Assembly (NCBI RefSeq): GCF_009914755.1
Contig: NC_060936.1
Source: the human T2T-CHM13v2.0 reference genome, Homo sapiens
DNA length: 64,000 nucleotides
Strand: one strand, 5' to 3'
Of the stretch, positions 40,516 to 54,200 are shown piece by piece. The position numbers were made by a program, and so were the translations under genes. Numbering within the stretch: the stretch's first letter is position 1; each line of letters starts with the position of its first letter. The notes under the pieces are model-generated. The model was not told where the DNA came from, did not search any database, and saw only the letters and a list, made by a program, of their open reading frames with translations.

Positions 40516-41448
40516 TAATTAAAGATATAAGAAGAAAATACATAGTAATATGCATTTTAATATATGCATAACATAATAATATTTTATTATGATAATAACT
40601 AATCGCGTAATTTTGCTACTCATGTTAGGTGATTAATATAAACTTGCTTTAGATAAACTTTAACACATCTTGATCAACTTTCAATATATTCAATATGTTC
40701 AATAACTTATTTCCTAGTTATAATCCTCATTTCAAACATAAAATACATCTTATTTCAAAATACACAAGTACAACAAGAGGCAAAGTTATGTCTTACACTA
40801 AATAGATACTTAAATGACTGTTTGACGTATATGGATCTGAGAAAAAAAAACATTATCAATTAGCTACCTTTAATTATATGAACATTTTTTATGAAGGGAA
40901 TAAAATAATGGTATTCAATTGAAAGGTTACTCTTCATCTTATTTAAATCACTCTGTACCTCTAATTGAACATTATAAATGATAAATGATGGCATTGCACT
41001 AAAGTGTAATATATTCTATCTCCTTGCCTTTATTACATTTAAAGAATAAATTATAAAATAAACGTTTACAAGTTTAGCATCATAAAAAACCCAAATTTTG
41101 AGACAATTAAACAACCACAAAACCAAAACTACAGTCAAATATCCAGAGAGATTATGTATAAAATGCTAAATATACAAATACAAAAATTGATGAGCTATTA
41201 ACTTTTTAATTTTTCACTTACAGATCAAAATATGTACTTTTTCAATGATCTAGATTATATTTTCTAATATTATCAAATTACACATGGCTTATGATTTTCA
41301 AAACTTTTTATAACATTTTTTCTTCCAGAAATTCTTGGGTAAAGATAAAATACATTTCAAATTTTTACTATGCATTTTCTTCCTATTTACATGTGCACCA
41401 TAAGATAGTTTTTCAGTAAATCAATACAGACTTTTTCAGGGATCATAT

Positions 41449-41736
41449 CACGCCTGTAATCCCAGCACTTTGTGAGGGCGAGATGGGAGAATCACCAGAG
41501 GTCGAGAGTTCGAGACCTGCCTGGCCAGTATGGTGAAACCCCGTCTTTACTAAAAATACAAGAAACTATCCAAGTATGGTGTCAGGCACGTGTAATCCCA
41601 GCCACTTGGGAGGCTGAGGCAGGAGAAACTCTTGAACCTGGGAGGCGGAGTTGCAGTGAGCCGAGATCATGCCATTGCACTCTAGCCTGGGCAACAAGAG
41701 CTCAACTCTGTCTCAAAAAAATAAAAATAATAATAA
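41449..41736 (+). mobile_element. AluSq/Sp-like, first about 18 nt missing
   Basis: Starts at cacgcctgtaatcccagc; gggcaacaagag; A-rich tail. Confidence 0.9.
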
Positions 41737-41984
41737 TTTTAAAGCTAAATATAATTCTGGTCTAATCATCCAATGCAAGTAGTACACACATGTTTATTTT
41801 ATAGATTGTAATAACAAGTAATTAAGACTAGTAAATAGTAACCACTTTTATTTGAACATAAAATATACACTGAATATTACTGAATCTCTTGTTTATTTAA
41901 TTCGTATCAGTTGAAGTATTTACTCTGCATATGATTTGGTCCAGGCTCTTTGCATTCTTTTTAGGACAGGGATATATATAAATA

Positions 41985-42175
41985 TTTTCCCCAAACACAA
42001 TTAACCTCATTTTACCTTCATTATAACATATACTTCATTCGTTTTTTTGTCCTTAAGTGAGAAAACTTACAACACTCAGAAAAATTATATCATGTCTTCA
42101 AGATTGTGCTGCAAATACATGTCATCGTCAAAATTTGAATGCAGGTTTTAATGCTAGCCTAGTTCTCTTCCTAGT
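41985..42175 (-). mobile_element. MIR
   Basis: aacctcattt...gtgagaaaact...caagattgtgctgcaaa...atttgaatgcaggt. Confidence 0.5.
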
Positions 42176-42579
42176 ACCCAAGAGATGACCCCCAGTAAAA
42201 GGGAATGCACTTACTGATTGTTCCAAAAGTGGAAACTGATTTTTGGTCCCATGGAAACATTTATTTTAATCATATGTTGATAGAAATCTTCTAGAAGACT
42301 ACTCTCTCTTCGTAAAAAGAGGCCACTACAGGGAATTGACTCTTATCGTGATGACTCCCAGCCTTCATCATGAACATCCATTTTCACATCCTGTGGTGAT
42401 GCAGTGCCTGTCAAGCTGTCAGCTGTCATGTCTGTGATCATCCCGTTTGCCTCTAACAGCCTCTGCTCTGATTCCTCTCAATCATTTAGGGTCAGGGAAC
42501 CAGATGACCAAGGCTTTTAAAGATTGTATGTAAAGATTGTCTGTTTTTTCAACTGTAAAATGAGGTTGCTATACCAGAC

Positions 42580-42697
42580 CAGTGGTTCTCAACTCTGGCT
42601 GCATATTTGAAGCACTGTGCTCACACACCATTCTAGGATACAATTGGTCTGAAATGGGGCTTTGCCACTGATCTTTTTTTAAATGATCCTGAAGTGT
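42580..42697. mobile_element. MER5A-like hAT fragment
   Basis: cagtggttctcaactctggctgca...aattggtctgaaatgggg. Confidence 0.7.
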
Positions 42698-42699
42698 TT

Positions 42700-42975
42700 T
42701 GCTTTTTATTTTCATTGATACAAAATAGATGTACATATGTTGGGGATGCATGTAATATTTTTATACATTCATATAATATGTCATAATGAGATGAGGATAA
42801 TGGAGATATCCATCACCTTAAATATTTGTCTTTTGTTCATACTGGGAAAATTTGAATTATTTGCATCTAGCTAATGTGAAATACACAATAGACTATTTTA
42901 AAATATAGTCACCCTAACCAGTCTATCAAATTAGGTCTTAGTTCTATCTAACTTTATTTTTCTACTCATTAATCA
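42700..42975 (-). mobile_element. L1MA5/6-like 3' end
   Basis: attgatacaaaatagatgtacata...gatatccatcaccttaaatattt...atagtcacccta. Confidence 0.75.
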
Positions 42976-43049
42976 CAAAGATAAAAAAGCAAAAAAAAAA
43001 AAACATTCATTTCAATGAAGTTTATAAATAAATACGAAAAAATTAACCA

Positions 43050-44105
43050 CTGAACAGACAGTTGTAACCCATATGATAGAGACATATGTAAATTCATTGT
43101 TATAGCAGCACAGATAGGGGCAACCAAACCAACCTGTGGGAGAAGGTGATATGATTTCTAGAGGAAGTGAGGATTGAGTTTTGTCCTGAAAACTCCTCTA
43201 GGTGAAAGAGGAAAGAATACCAATCAGGAGAAAATATATGCAAAGTTAAAAAGATGTAACAATGTAGGATATTTAGGGAAATTTCAAGTACGCAGTTCAA
43301 TATGAGTGCCCTGTAGAGAACATGGTGGAAAGCATGGAAAGCTTAATTTTAAATAATTAGCTTTGAGCGAATTCACAGGGGGAAACCTTCTTTATTTCCT
43401 GCCAAGGATTTTACATTTTTTCTCTAAAGGCAATAGGTAGGAATTAAATAATCTGAATTAGAAAAACAAAAACATACACATAATCTACATTCCACACTCA
43501 GGATAGAAACATTAGAACATAATTGTCCTTTAGCAATACATATACTTGTGGATTTTAAGGAAATACTGATGCTATATCTTGTTTGGAGATGAACAGTCAG
43601 TTTAGAAGTCACTGCAATAATTAAGAGTAATTAGTAATTGGCTATCTTTTTAGGTAACCTGTGTAGATGAGTTTGTCATTCACAAACTCTAATGCCAGGA
43701 GTTAGGAGGATTAAAAAAGTAACTTTCATTTTGACTTGTCAGTGCTATGGTACCCAGGAGACAGTTAATTGAACATTCTCCATATCTACATAAGAAAGAT
43801 CTGAGCCAGAAGAGAACAAGGCAGAGCATATAAGTATGGTGAAATAAGTTTATAAGATATTTAAAACTATGATTCATAAAATGATGATAGAAATTGAGAT
43901 TCAAGAACAGAACTCTCAGAAACATAAATATTTAAAAGGTAGATGGAAAAACAGCCATCAGTCTTTTAAATATTTCTAGACATCCTCCTATTGAAGGACC
44001 TGTGTAGTCAGGAGTGTCCAGTGTTGTAGAACTGTGAAAGGACTGTTCACATTTAAGTGGCGGAGGTTAGAAGCCAGATTGCAGAGTGTTGAGATGTGAG
44101 GAGGT
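43050..44105 (-). mobile_element. L2 fragments
   Basis: gagaaggtga...gagttttg; agaagccagattgcagagtgttgaga. Confidence 0.5.
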
Positions 44106-45439
44106 ATTTTTCTTCTTTAGAAAAAAAAATCCCTACATGCACCTAGTTGCAACTTTTTTAACCAATACTTAATTACCTAATTTATTATTTGAGAAACCAC
44201 GTGGGAAATCATAAAGGCCTTCCTGAATTAAGTAAAATGTTACCTTATTTCATATTAATTAACCCCATCCCTCTTCAGTTACAGAAATTTCAACCATATT
44301 TGATGTTCTTTCACCAATCTCTTGATGGCTATTAGACTGCAAATTCCCAAATTAGGAGTTAGTACTAACTTCATCTTTCACTTTGGTAACATTTCAACCA
44401 ATGGCTATAGAGCTATGTACACAATGGCTACTCAAAAATGTGCTTGCTAGATTTACTCTTCTGCTTAGTTAAGCAATCAGGGAATGAGGTTACATCTTCT
44501 TAATTTCATGCCATTCAGAATCATCATTTTAAACATCATTGATAATGTAAGCATTTGGAAACAGAAACTTTTAAAACATTAATATTTTTCTTTACAGAGA
44601 ATTTACTGAGGAATGTTGAAAGTTAATACAGATCTCAGTATTCAAAGGGAATAGAAAAATAAATATTCTTTAATTAATTATTCTTAAATAATCAATCTTC
44701 TATAAATATACCATGGTAAAACGAGTTAATGGGTTTCACATAAAATCCATTTGAGACTAAATAGCTGAGGGAAATGTTGGTCAAATGTAAAAATATGAAA
44801 TAGGATGGTGCAATACAAATGCAGTTATTAATTTAGCCATGTTAATTTTCAATTAACCTTTCTTCATACTTCAGAAAGCAAACGACTAAAACTGTTAAAC
44901 GAAAGACTATTGGTCTTCTTTTTCCTAACCTCTAAAGATAGACATTCTCTAGTGTTCAGCTCTTGGATCTTTTTCTTCTACCTTTACACTCGCTTCCTAG
45001 AAAATAACATCCAGTCCCATGGCTTAAACACCAAATGTATGCTGATGAGTCTCAAATTTGTATTTCCAGTTCTGAACGCACCCTGATTTCCAGATTTGCT
45101 GATACAACCACCAACTTCATTTCTCTATTTGGATATCTCTGATGAGAATCTCAAATATCCAGAGCTGAAACCCTAATTTTCACCCCTCACCAAAGTGGGG
45201 AGCAAAGCAAAACAATAAACAAGCTGTTCCTCCATTTAGTTTAGCCGTTTCAGTCAATGGCGCCACCATCCTACATGAGCCTAAGACTTATCCTTTATTC
45301 CTCAACTTACCTTATTCCACCCCTACATGTGATGGCTCAGTAGGCCTTTTGATTTGTCATTTCTACCTTCATCGCCTATTTTGGTTGCACTATTCATAAC
45401 CTACCTACTGTAAGAACTTCCAAACCACTCTGTTTCCTC

Positions 45440-46336
45440 TTTTTTTTTTATTTTATTATTATTATACTTTAAGTTTTAGGGTACATGTGCACAATGTGCA
45501 GGTTAGTTACATATGTATACATGTGCCATGCTGGTGTGCTGCACCCATTAACTCGTCATTTAGCATTAGGTATATCTCCTAAAGCTATCCCTCCCCCCTC
45601 CCCCCACCACACAACAGTCCCCAGAGTATGATGTTCCCCTTCCTGTGTCCATGTGTTCTCATTGTTCAATTCCCACCTATGAGTGAGAATATGTGGTGTT
45701 TGGTTTTTTGTTCTTGCGATAGTTTACTGAGAATGATGATTTCCAATTTCATCCATGTCCCTACAAAGGATGTGAACTCATCATTTTTTATGGCTGCATA
45801 GTATTCCATGGTGTATATGTGCCACATTTTCTTAATCCAGTCTATCATTGTTGGATATTTGGGTTGGTTCCAAGTCTTTGCTATTGTTAATAGTGCTGCA
45901 GTAAACATACGTGTGCATGTGTCTTTATAGCAGCATGATTTATAGTCCTTTGGGTATATACCCAGTAATGGGATGGCTGGGTCAAATGGTATTTCTAGCT
46001 CTAGATCCCTGAGGAATCGCCACACTGACTTCCACAATGGTTGAACTAGTTTACAGTCCCACCAACAGTGTAAAAGTGTTCCTATGTCTCCACATCCTCT
46101 CCAGTACCTGTTGTTTCCTGACTTTTTAATGATCGCCATTCTAACTGGTGTGAGATGGTATCTCATTGTGGTTTTGATTTGCATTTTTCTGATAGCCAGT
46201 GATGGTGAGCATTTTTTCATGTGTTTTTTGGCTGCATAAATGTCTTCTTTTGAGAAGTGTCTGTTCATATCCTTCACCCACTTTTTGATGGGGTTGTTTT
46301 TTTCTTGTAAATTTGTTTGAGTTCATTGTAGATTCT
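45440..46336 (-). mobile_element. L1PA3-like 5'-truncated element with an open ORF2 C-terminal fragment (45666-46277)
   Basis: 203-aa [25 protein letters not shown]...HIFSLIGGN; 3'UTR and poly-T; no clear long TSD. Confidence 0.95.
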
Positions 46337-46536
46337 TTTCTTAACACACTAACCATCAAGATCTTCTTTAAGATACAGACCAGATCATAGATCATGTCTT
46401 CTTGTTCAAAATCCTATAGTGGTTTTCTGTCACACTTAGCATCAAAGGCAAACTCTTAACCATGAGCTACAGTGTACTATTTTGTGGCCTTTTCATGGTT
46501 CTTGAAATATGACAAGATTGTTCTTTCTTTAGGGAC

Positions 46537-46900
46537 TGCAATAGTTTGAATGTGCACCCCAAAATTTATATGTTAAAATCCTGTCCCCCAAGATGATAAT
46601 ATTAGGAGGTGGGGCCATTTGGAGGTGATTAAGTCATGAGCAGAGCCTTCAGGAATGTGATTAGTGTCCTTATAAAAGAGATCTCAGAGAGCTATCTAGC
46701 TCCTTCTACCATGTGAGGACACAGCAAAAAGCTACTTTTCTGTTATATAAACCAAGAAGTGGAACCTCTAAAGATGTCAAATTAGCTGTAGTCTTCATCT
46801 TGATCTTCTCAGCCTCCACAACTGTAAGGAATACATTTCTGCTGTTTATAAGCTACCAGTTTAGAGTATTTTGTTATCGTAGCCAGAAAGGTCCAAGACT
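46537..46900 (+). mobile_element. MLT1A0 solo LTR
   Basis: tgcaatagtttgaatgt...ttagtgtccttataaaagag...ccatgtgaggacacagc...aagact. Confidence 0.88.
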
Positions 46901-47339
46901 AGTTTGGATCTGCCATATAAAGAGAAGTCAGTACCTATTCTCTAGGATGGTCTTTGGCAATTAATGTTTCCTTGCCTTAGAGTATCCTCACCTCATTCAC
47001 GGCCTTGATAAAATGTCACTGATCACACAGGTCTTCCCTCTTGCTACCTCTTTCTATCCCCTTTTCTGGTTGTGTAATTTCCTTGTGTATGTTTATTTTG
47101 CCTCCTAAAACATAGTCTCCAATAAACAGAGAATTTGGCCAAATCCCCACTATGTTAAAGATTATTTGACACACAGTAGATGATCTATTCATATTATGAG
47201 ATGAATGAACCCATAATTTTAAATGCATGCAGACACATTGTATTTGAAGATTGCTAATATACTTTTAGTAACATCTAGGTGGTTGAATTATAGTATGTAA
47301 ACTAACTGAAAATTTTACAATTTATTTTATTTTACATTC

Positions 47340-47540
47340 ACAGGTTATCTCATAAGATTATCATAATCTAGGCAGATTTATATATCCTCACTTTACAAAT
47401 GAGGAGAATGGGGCTAAGAGAGAGAAAAAAATGACTTTTCCCAGGTCCCACATGTATTGAATTGTTAGAGTCTGGGGGAATCCCAGATCTGATGGACTTC
47501 TTCCTACAGAGCTAAGCTTCAGGACTAATGTGCAGTTGTT
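47340..47540 (-). mobile_element. MIR
   Basis: atcctcactttacaaatgaggagaatggggctaagag...cccaggtcccaca. Confidence 0.7.
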
Positions 47541-50069
47541 TCGTTTAATGTAGTCTAAAAGATACATAGAGCATAAATTCTGGCCATAGGGTTGCATAGT
47601 TTCACAGACACGACTGCATTTTTAAAAAGTAAATTCTTCAAATAAATTATCTTCTAAGTAAACAAAGGCTTAGACATAAAATAGCAATTAACCTATCTAA
47701 TTTTTCCGATGTGGAAGAAATTGCATTCCTTGTTACAGTGCTCCGAAGGTAAATCCATAACCATGCACTTGAGCCAGAATAAGATTGATATTACTGAATG
47801 TGATAGGAAAATCATTATATATAATTTATAAATTTAGGCTTCTATATTATGTTTCTTCTCATTTCTTCTTTCTATAGTTGTGAATTTAGAGCTGTTTGAA
47901 TCCAATAATCAGGAACAAACAAAAAGAAAACAATCTTATTTATTATAAATTTGCAAGCATTTTTTTCTGGTATGTGATACATCATGCTCATGGGACTATT
48001 GTGCATTCTGTTTCCAAGATGATGGTAATTTATTTCAAAACCTCCTTAGCATACTTACTTAAATAAAAATTATGAGAAAGGATCTATTACTCGTGGAAAA
48101 TAAAATATATATTACTTAGTAATTTCTGTGATATATGTGATTCTCTCTATGTATGGATGCTATATTTATTATCCATGTAATCCTCTAGCATCATATATTT
48201 AAGAATTTAGATTTCATTGTGAATTCAATAGAAATAGCCTCTGAAGTAACCATGTTAGGACTAACTAATTTGCTGATGAGGTGATTTTTAAAAATACACA
48301 CCATATATAATAAATTATAAAACTTTATTTAAAGGAGGCTGGTCTCTTATGACAATTACTTTATAGGCTATAACATTTGCAACCATGGTGGACTATGAGA
48401 TTTTCCCTCTTCATAGTATATTTGTATTGAAAGCTTACCTACATTGTTCCTTCACAATTCAATTAATCAGATTTTCTTTTAATTATAAATGATGGTTAAA
48501 GATAATGCCAATAAATTTCATCCACCCACTCACTCACTTATTCATCAAGCAGTTTTATAGTTATTGAGTACTATGCTAGTTGCTTAGAGCAAAAAGAAAA
48601 AAAAAGAATAGGAAATTTTCAATCTTCTAAAGAAATCTATATCCTAATGATACAAGCAAAGAAATTAGCAATTATCATGTAGTTTTCTATACACCTAACA
48701 GCTACTGGTATTGGAGTTATATTACAGTTTGTTTTTATTATAATTTTTATTATAAATTAATACATTGCAGTTCTGATATACATAGAAAATTTTCACAAGG
48801 TTAACATAAGCTCAAACATGAAATATCTATTCCCCATTAGATTGGAAGTAAAAGCTAATTTCTGAGCTTTCAGAGAGATTTCTAGAACCTGGAAAGTAGA
48901 AATTTACTGAACAAAAATGACTTGAAACCCAGGCAGCTTTCTCTGCCAACACTGGTATTCCAATTCACCTTCTCTTAGTGCACAATTAACCTATAGAGAC
49001 AATATAGCTTTGAAAGACAGCATGCACAAAATGGCCATTAGAGCACCCCAAAGTAATCTCCAGTGGATTGTGAACAGATTTTTGCATTTTAATTTAAATC
49101 TGAATGCAGGTGCATGGTTGTGTGAAACAGAATGAAAAATCTTGATAGTTTCATATATAGTTCTAACAATTCTGAAACAACCATTATGAGCAAGTTTTGT
49201 AGGCATGTTTACTTATTAATTTTACATTTTAATAGCAGTAAAACCAGGCAGTAGATAGGAGTTAATATTTATTAAATAGTATAAAATTTAATTTTATTAG
49301 ATGCAATATTTTATTGAATCTTAACAAAATTCTTGGTTGAGGTTCAGAGTGAAGAGGTAACATGTTTAAGAAATAAGCTAAGCAGTTTACTAATTACACA
49401 ATAATTCCAATGAAAGGCATGTTTCTTACTCTTCTTAATAAACCATATGTAGTTTTTATCTTCTCTGAACCATTTAATAAGATCTATATTTAAATGTAGT
49501 CTTGATCCTTTGCATTGGTAGGTGGTATTATTTGGCTATAGCTATGCATATCATAATTAAACACTGGTAATTTAAGCTCCTTTAATTTTCATCAACTACC
49601 ATGACAACTAAATGTGGAAGCCCAAACTAGGGAAAAAAAGTTTCTTGTCACATTATAACCTGCAATACTATGCATTTATTTCATTAAGAAATTTCTGAGC
49701 TTGCTATTAAATGAACTAGTACAAAATGCACTTGCAGACACCACAGAGAATAAATGATTCCACAGCCCATGGCCTTCAAGGACAAATATTTAGTAAATAT
49801 ATTTTATAACAAAGTAACCTCCAGTTAAAAACTTTGATTTGGATTCACTCTTCTCTCTAACTACAATTTTAGGAGATATAAAGAATGATGTGCTTGTCTG
49901 AACAACACTATCACCATCTCCTGTATTTAAAACATTGTTTTTATCTATTTCCCTTTATTATGTAGGTATGTCAACTTAGACTGCTCCAGTTTTCTTCTGA
50001 AACTTTATAAAGTGACAGATATTTCACTGGATTGAAATAACAATATGAAGTTCAATAAACTAGGATCCT

Positions 50070-50270
50070 GAGCAGGATGTCTTTGGATTTGAAGCCTGAC
50101 TCTGGCACTGCTAGCTTTGTGACTTAGGAGAAACATATGATATCCCTGTGCCTCAGTTTCTCTATGAAATTGACATAAAATACCTCATAGGGTGGGGTTA
50201 AAAGTATTAAATGACTAAAAATATGAAGAAACGGAACTCTATTTGGCACAAAAGAAAGATTCAATAAAAG
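50070..50270 (+). mobile_element. MIR
   Basis: gctttgtgactta...ctgtgcctcagtttc...tacctcatagggt...attaaatga. Confidence 0.75.
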
Positions 50271-50282
50271 GAAATTTATTTA

Positions 50283-50345
50283 ACTATCTATCATCTATCT
50301 ATCTACCTACCTATCTATAATCTATCTTTTTATCTATCATCTATT
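50283..50345. repeat. Imperfect (TCTA)n microsatellite
   Basis: ctatctatcatctatctatctacctacctatctat. Confidence 0.85.
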
Positions 50346-50779
50346 TACTTTTGTTTTTTAAATCATAAAACAGATTCCAAGAAATAAGTCAAAACTTCTG
50401 AACTTTACATAGTTAATGAGCATCCTCATGTCTTCATCTCTGGGTTTGCTTAGTTTAAATTTTATTGTCTATCCTTTCAACTACTTCTTCCCATCTTACC
50501 TAAAATATTGCCCTGCCATTTGACAAATACTTGTTCAATCCAAACTAAATTATGTTTGGATATGAATGAGGCTGGAAAAAAACTCACTACTATGAAAAAA
50601 AAACCAAAAAAATCCTCACCATGACTCACCACTATGCTAATTTGTCTTATGTTAAAAACAGACATAGAGTGAACCCACAGCCCTGACAAAATCTTCCTAT
50701 ATTTCTTTAGTTAACTCACTCTCCCAATCCCTTGAGAATTTCTCCCCACGTTTTTTTCTCCTAAAGCTTAAAATCATTT

Positions 50780-51112
50780 TCCTTTTCTTCTCATGATAAA
50801 CGTTTGTGTCCTCAACAGATCACAAGAACTCAGCACCAGTAACCTCTGCATCTGCACTCATATGCTGCCTTCCTTCTTGTTGCAGCTGATGAGCTGTCTG
50901 CTGTCTTATCTAATTTCAACATGCTCTTGTGCCCTGTATTGGATATCCTCTCCCTAGTTGTGAATGACCTCATGCAACGATTCCCCTTTCTTTCTCATAT
51001 CATCTGCTTTTTCCTTTGAGTGGAATTATTTTTAAACAATTTCCTAATTTCTTTCTATCTACACCCAATTATTCATTACCCTTTTCAGGAAATTACTCAA
51101 AAATGTTGTCTG
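50780..51112 (+). mobile_element. L2 internal fragment (continues at 57785-58170)
   Basis: gatgagctgtctgctgtcttatctaa...aaatgttgtct; right part aatgttgatgttctcaggactca...aatgactctgaaatt. Confidence 0.6.
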
Positions 51113-51185
51113 GGCCAGGCTGGGTGGCTCACGCCTGTAACCCCAGCACTTTGGGAGGCCGAGGCGGGCAGATCACTTGAGGTCA
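51113..51185 (+). mobile_element. AluS 5' fragment (73 bp) fused to the L1 3'UTR
   Basis: ggccaggctgggtggctcacgcctgtaaccccagcactttgggaggccgaggcgggcagatcacttgaggtca, then L1 sequence. Confidence 0.9.
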
Positions 51186-51261
51186 TGCATTACCTCCCCT
51201 TGCTCCTCACCCCTTAACAGGCCCTGATGTGTGATGTTCCCCTCCCTGTGTCCATGTGTTC

Positions 51262-54200
51262 TCATTGTTCAACCCCACTTATGAGTGAAAACATGTGGTG
51301 TTTGGTTTTCTGTTCCTGTGTTAATTTGCTGAGAATGATGGTTTCCAGCTTCATCCATGTCCCTGCAAAAGACATAAACTCATTAATTTTTATGGCAGCA
51401 TAGTATTCCATGGTATATATGTGCCACATTTTCTTTATCCAGTCTATCATTGATGGGCATTTGGGTTGGTTTCAAGTCTTTGCTCAGGTAAATAGTGCTG
51501 GAATAAACATATGTGTGTATGTGTCTTTATAACAGAATGATTTATAATCCCTTGGGTATATACCCAGTAATGGGATTGCTATGTCAAATGGTATTTCTGG
51601 TTGTAGATCCTTGAGGAATTGCCACACTGTCTTCCACAATGGTTGAACTAATTTACACTTCCACCAACAGTGTAAAAGCATTCATATTTCTCCACATCCT
51701 CTCCAGGATCTGTTGTTTCCTGACTTTTTAATGATCGCCATTCTAACTGGCATGAGATGGTATCTCATTGTGGTTCTGATTTTCATTTCTCTAATGACCG
51801 ATGATGATGAGCTTTTTTTTTTTCATATGTTTGTTGGCCACATAAATGGCTTCTTTTGAGAAGTGTCTGTTCATATCATTCACCAACTTTTTGATGGGTT
51901 TTTTGTTTTTTTCTGGTGAATTTGTTTAAGTTCCTTTTAGATTCTGGATATGAGCTCTTTGTCAGATGGATAGATTGCAAAAATTTTCTCCTATTCTGTA
52001 TGTTGCCTGTTCACCCTGAGGATAGTATATTTTGCTGTGCAGAAGCTTTTTAGTTTAATAAGATCCCATTTGTCAATTTCGGCTTTTGTTGCAATTGCTT
52101 TTGGTGTTTTAGTCCTGAAGTCTTTGCACATATCTATGTCCTGAATGGTATTGCCTAGGTTTTCTTCTGTGGTTTTTATGGTCCTAGATCTTATGCTTAA
52201 GTCTTTAATCCATCTTGAGTTAATTTTTACATGAGGTGTAAAGAAGGGGTCCAGGTTCAGATTTCTGCATATGGCTAGCCAGTTTTCCCAACACCATTTA
52301 TTAAATAGGGAATCCTTTCCCCATTTCTTGTTTTTATCAGGTTTGTCAAAGTTCAGATGGTTGTAGAGGTGTGATGTTATTTCTGAGGCCTCCGTTCTGT
52401 TCCATTGGTCTATATATCTGTTTTGGTACCAGTGCCATGCTATTTTGGTAACTGTAGCCTTGTAGTATAGTTTGAAGTCAGACAGTGCCTCCAAATTTGT
52501 TCTTTTTGCTTAGGATTGCCTTGGCTACACAGGCTCTTTTTTGGTTCCATATGAAATTTAAGGTAGTTGTTTCTAATTCTGTGAAGAAAGTCAATGGTAG
52601 CTTGATGGGGATAACATTGAATCTATAAATGACTTTGGGCAGCATGGCCATTTTCACAATATTGATTCTTTCTCTCCATGAGCATGAAAGGTTTTTCCAT
52701 TTGTTTGTGCCCTCTCTTATTTCTTTGAGCAGTGGTTTGTAGTTCTCCTTGAAAAGGTTCTTCACACCGCTTGTAAGTTGTATTCTTAGGTATTTTATTC
52801 TCTTTGTAGCAATTGTGAATGGGAGTTCACTCATGATTTGGCTCTCTGTTTTTCTATTATTGGTGTATAGGAATGCTTGTGATTTTTTTTTTTTTTTTGG
52901 AGACAGAGTCTTGCTCTGTTGCCCAGGCTGGAGCGCAGTGGCACACTCTCAGCTCACTGCAAGCTCTGCCTCCCAGGTTCACGCCATTCTCCTGCCTCAG
53001 CCTCCTGAGTATCTGGGACTACAGGCACCTGCCACCATGCCTGGCTAATTTTATTTTAATTTTTTTTTTTGTATTTTTAGTAGAGAACATGTTTCACCGT
53101 GTTAGTCAGGATGGTCTCGATCTCCTGACCTCATGATCTGCCCGTCTCAGCCTCCCAAAGTGCTGGGATTACAGGGGTGAGCCACTGCACCCGGCTGAAT
53201 GCTTGTGATTTTTGCACATTGATTTTGTATTCTGAGACTTTGCTGAAGTTGCTTATCAGCTTAAGGAGTTTGGGGGCTGAGACAATGGGGTTTTCTGCAA
53301 ACAGAGACAGTTTAACTTCCTCTCTTCCTATTTGAATATCCTTTATTTCTTTCTCTTGCCTGATTGCCTGGGAAGAACTTCCAATACTATGTTGAATAGG
53401 AGTAAGGAAGAGGGCATCCTTATCTTGTGCCAGTTTTCAAAGTGACTCCTTCCAGTTTTTGCCCATTCACTATGATATTTGCTCTGGGTTTGTCATAAAT
53501 AGCTCTTATTGTTTTGAGATATGCTCCATCAATACCTAGTTATTGAGTGTTTTTAGCATGAAGTGTTGTTGAATTTTATCAAAGGCCTTTTCTGCATCTA
53601 TTGAGATAATCATGTGTTTTTTGTCATTGGTTCTGTGTCCGTGATGGACTATGTTTATTGATTTTCATATGTTGAACCAGCCTTGCATCCCAGGGATGAA
53701 GTCAACTTGATCATGGTGGATAAGCTTTGTGATGTGCTGCTGGATTCAGTTTGCCAATATTTTATTGAGAATTTTCACATTGATCTTCATCGGAGATACT
53801 GGCCTGAATTTTTCTCTTTTTGTTATGTCTCTGCCAGGTTTTGGCATCATGATGATACTGTCCTCATACAATGTGTTAGGGAGGAGTCCCTCTTTTTCTG
53901 TTGTTGAGAATATTTTCAGAAGGATGGTACCAGCTCCTCTTTGTACCTCTGGTAGAATTTGGCTGTGAATCCGTCTGGTCCTGGGCTTTTTGTTGTTGTT
54001 GTTGTTGGTAGGCTATTAATTACTGCCTCAGTGTCAGAACTTGTTATTGCCCTATTCAGGGATTTGACTTCTTCCTGGTTTAGTCTTTGGATGATGCATG
54101 TGTCCAGGAATTTATCCATTTCTTCTAGATTTTATAGTTTATTTGTGTAGAGGTGTTTACAGTATTCTTTGATGGTCTTTTGTATTTCTGTGGGATCAGT

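Larger units (their letters stand above)
44890..47210 (+). mobile_element. L2 element interrupted by L1PA3 and MLT1A0
   Basis: catccagtcccatggcttaaa...atgctgatgagtctcaaatttgtatttccag; resumes after each insertion; ends gatgaatgaa. Confidence 0.7.

Noticed and set aside
42348-42471. Possible C/D snoRNA (GTGATGA ... CTGA)
   Set aside because: No terminal stem, no convincing D'/C' pair or recognisable rRNA antisense element; both boxes are common by chance.
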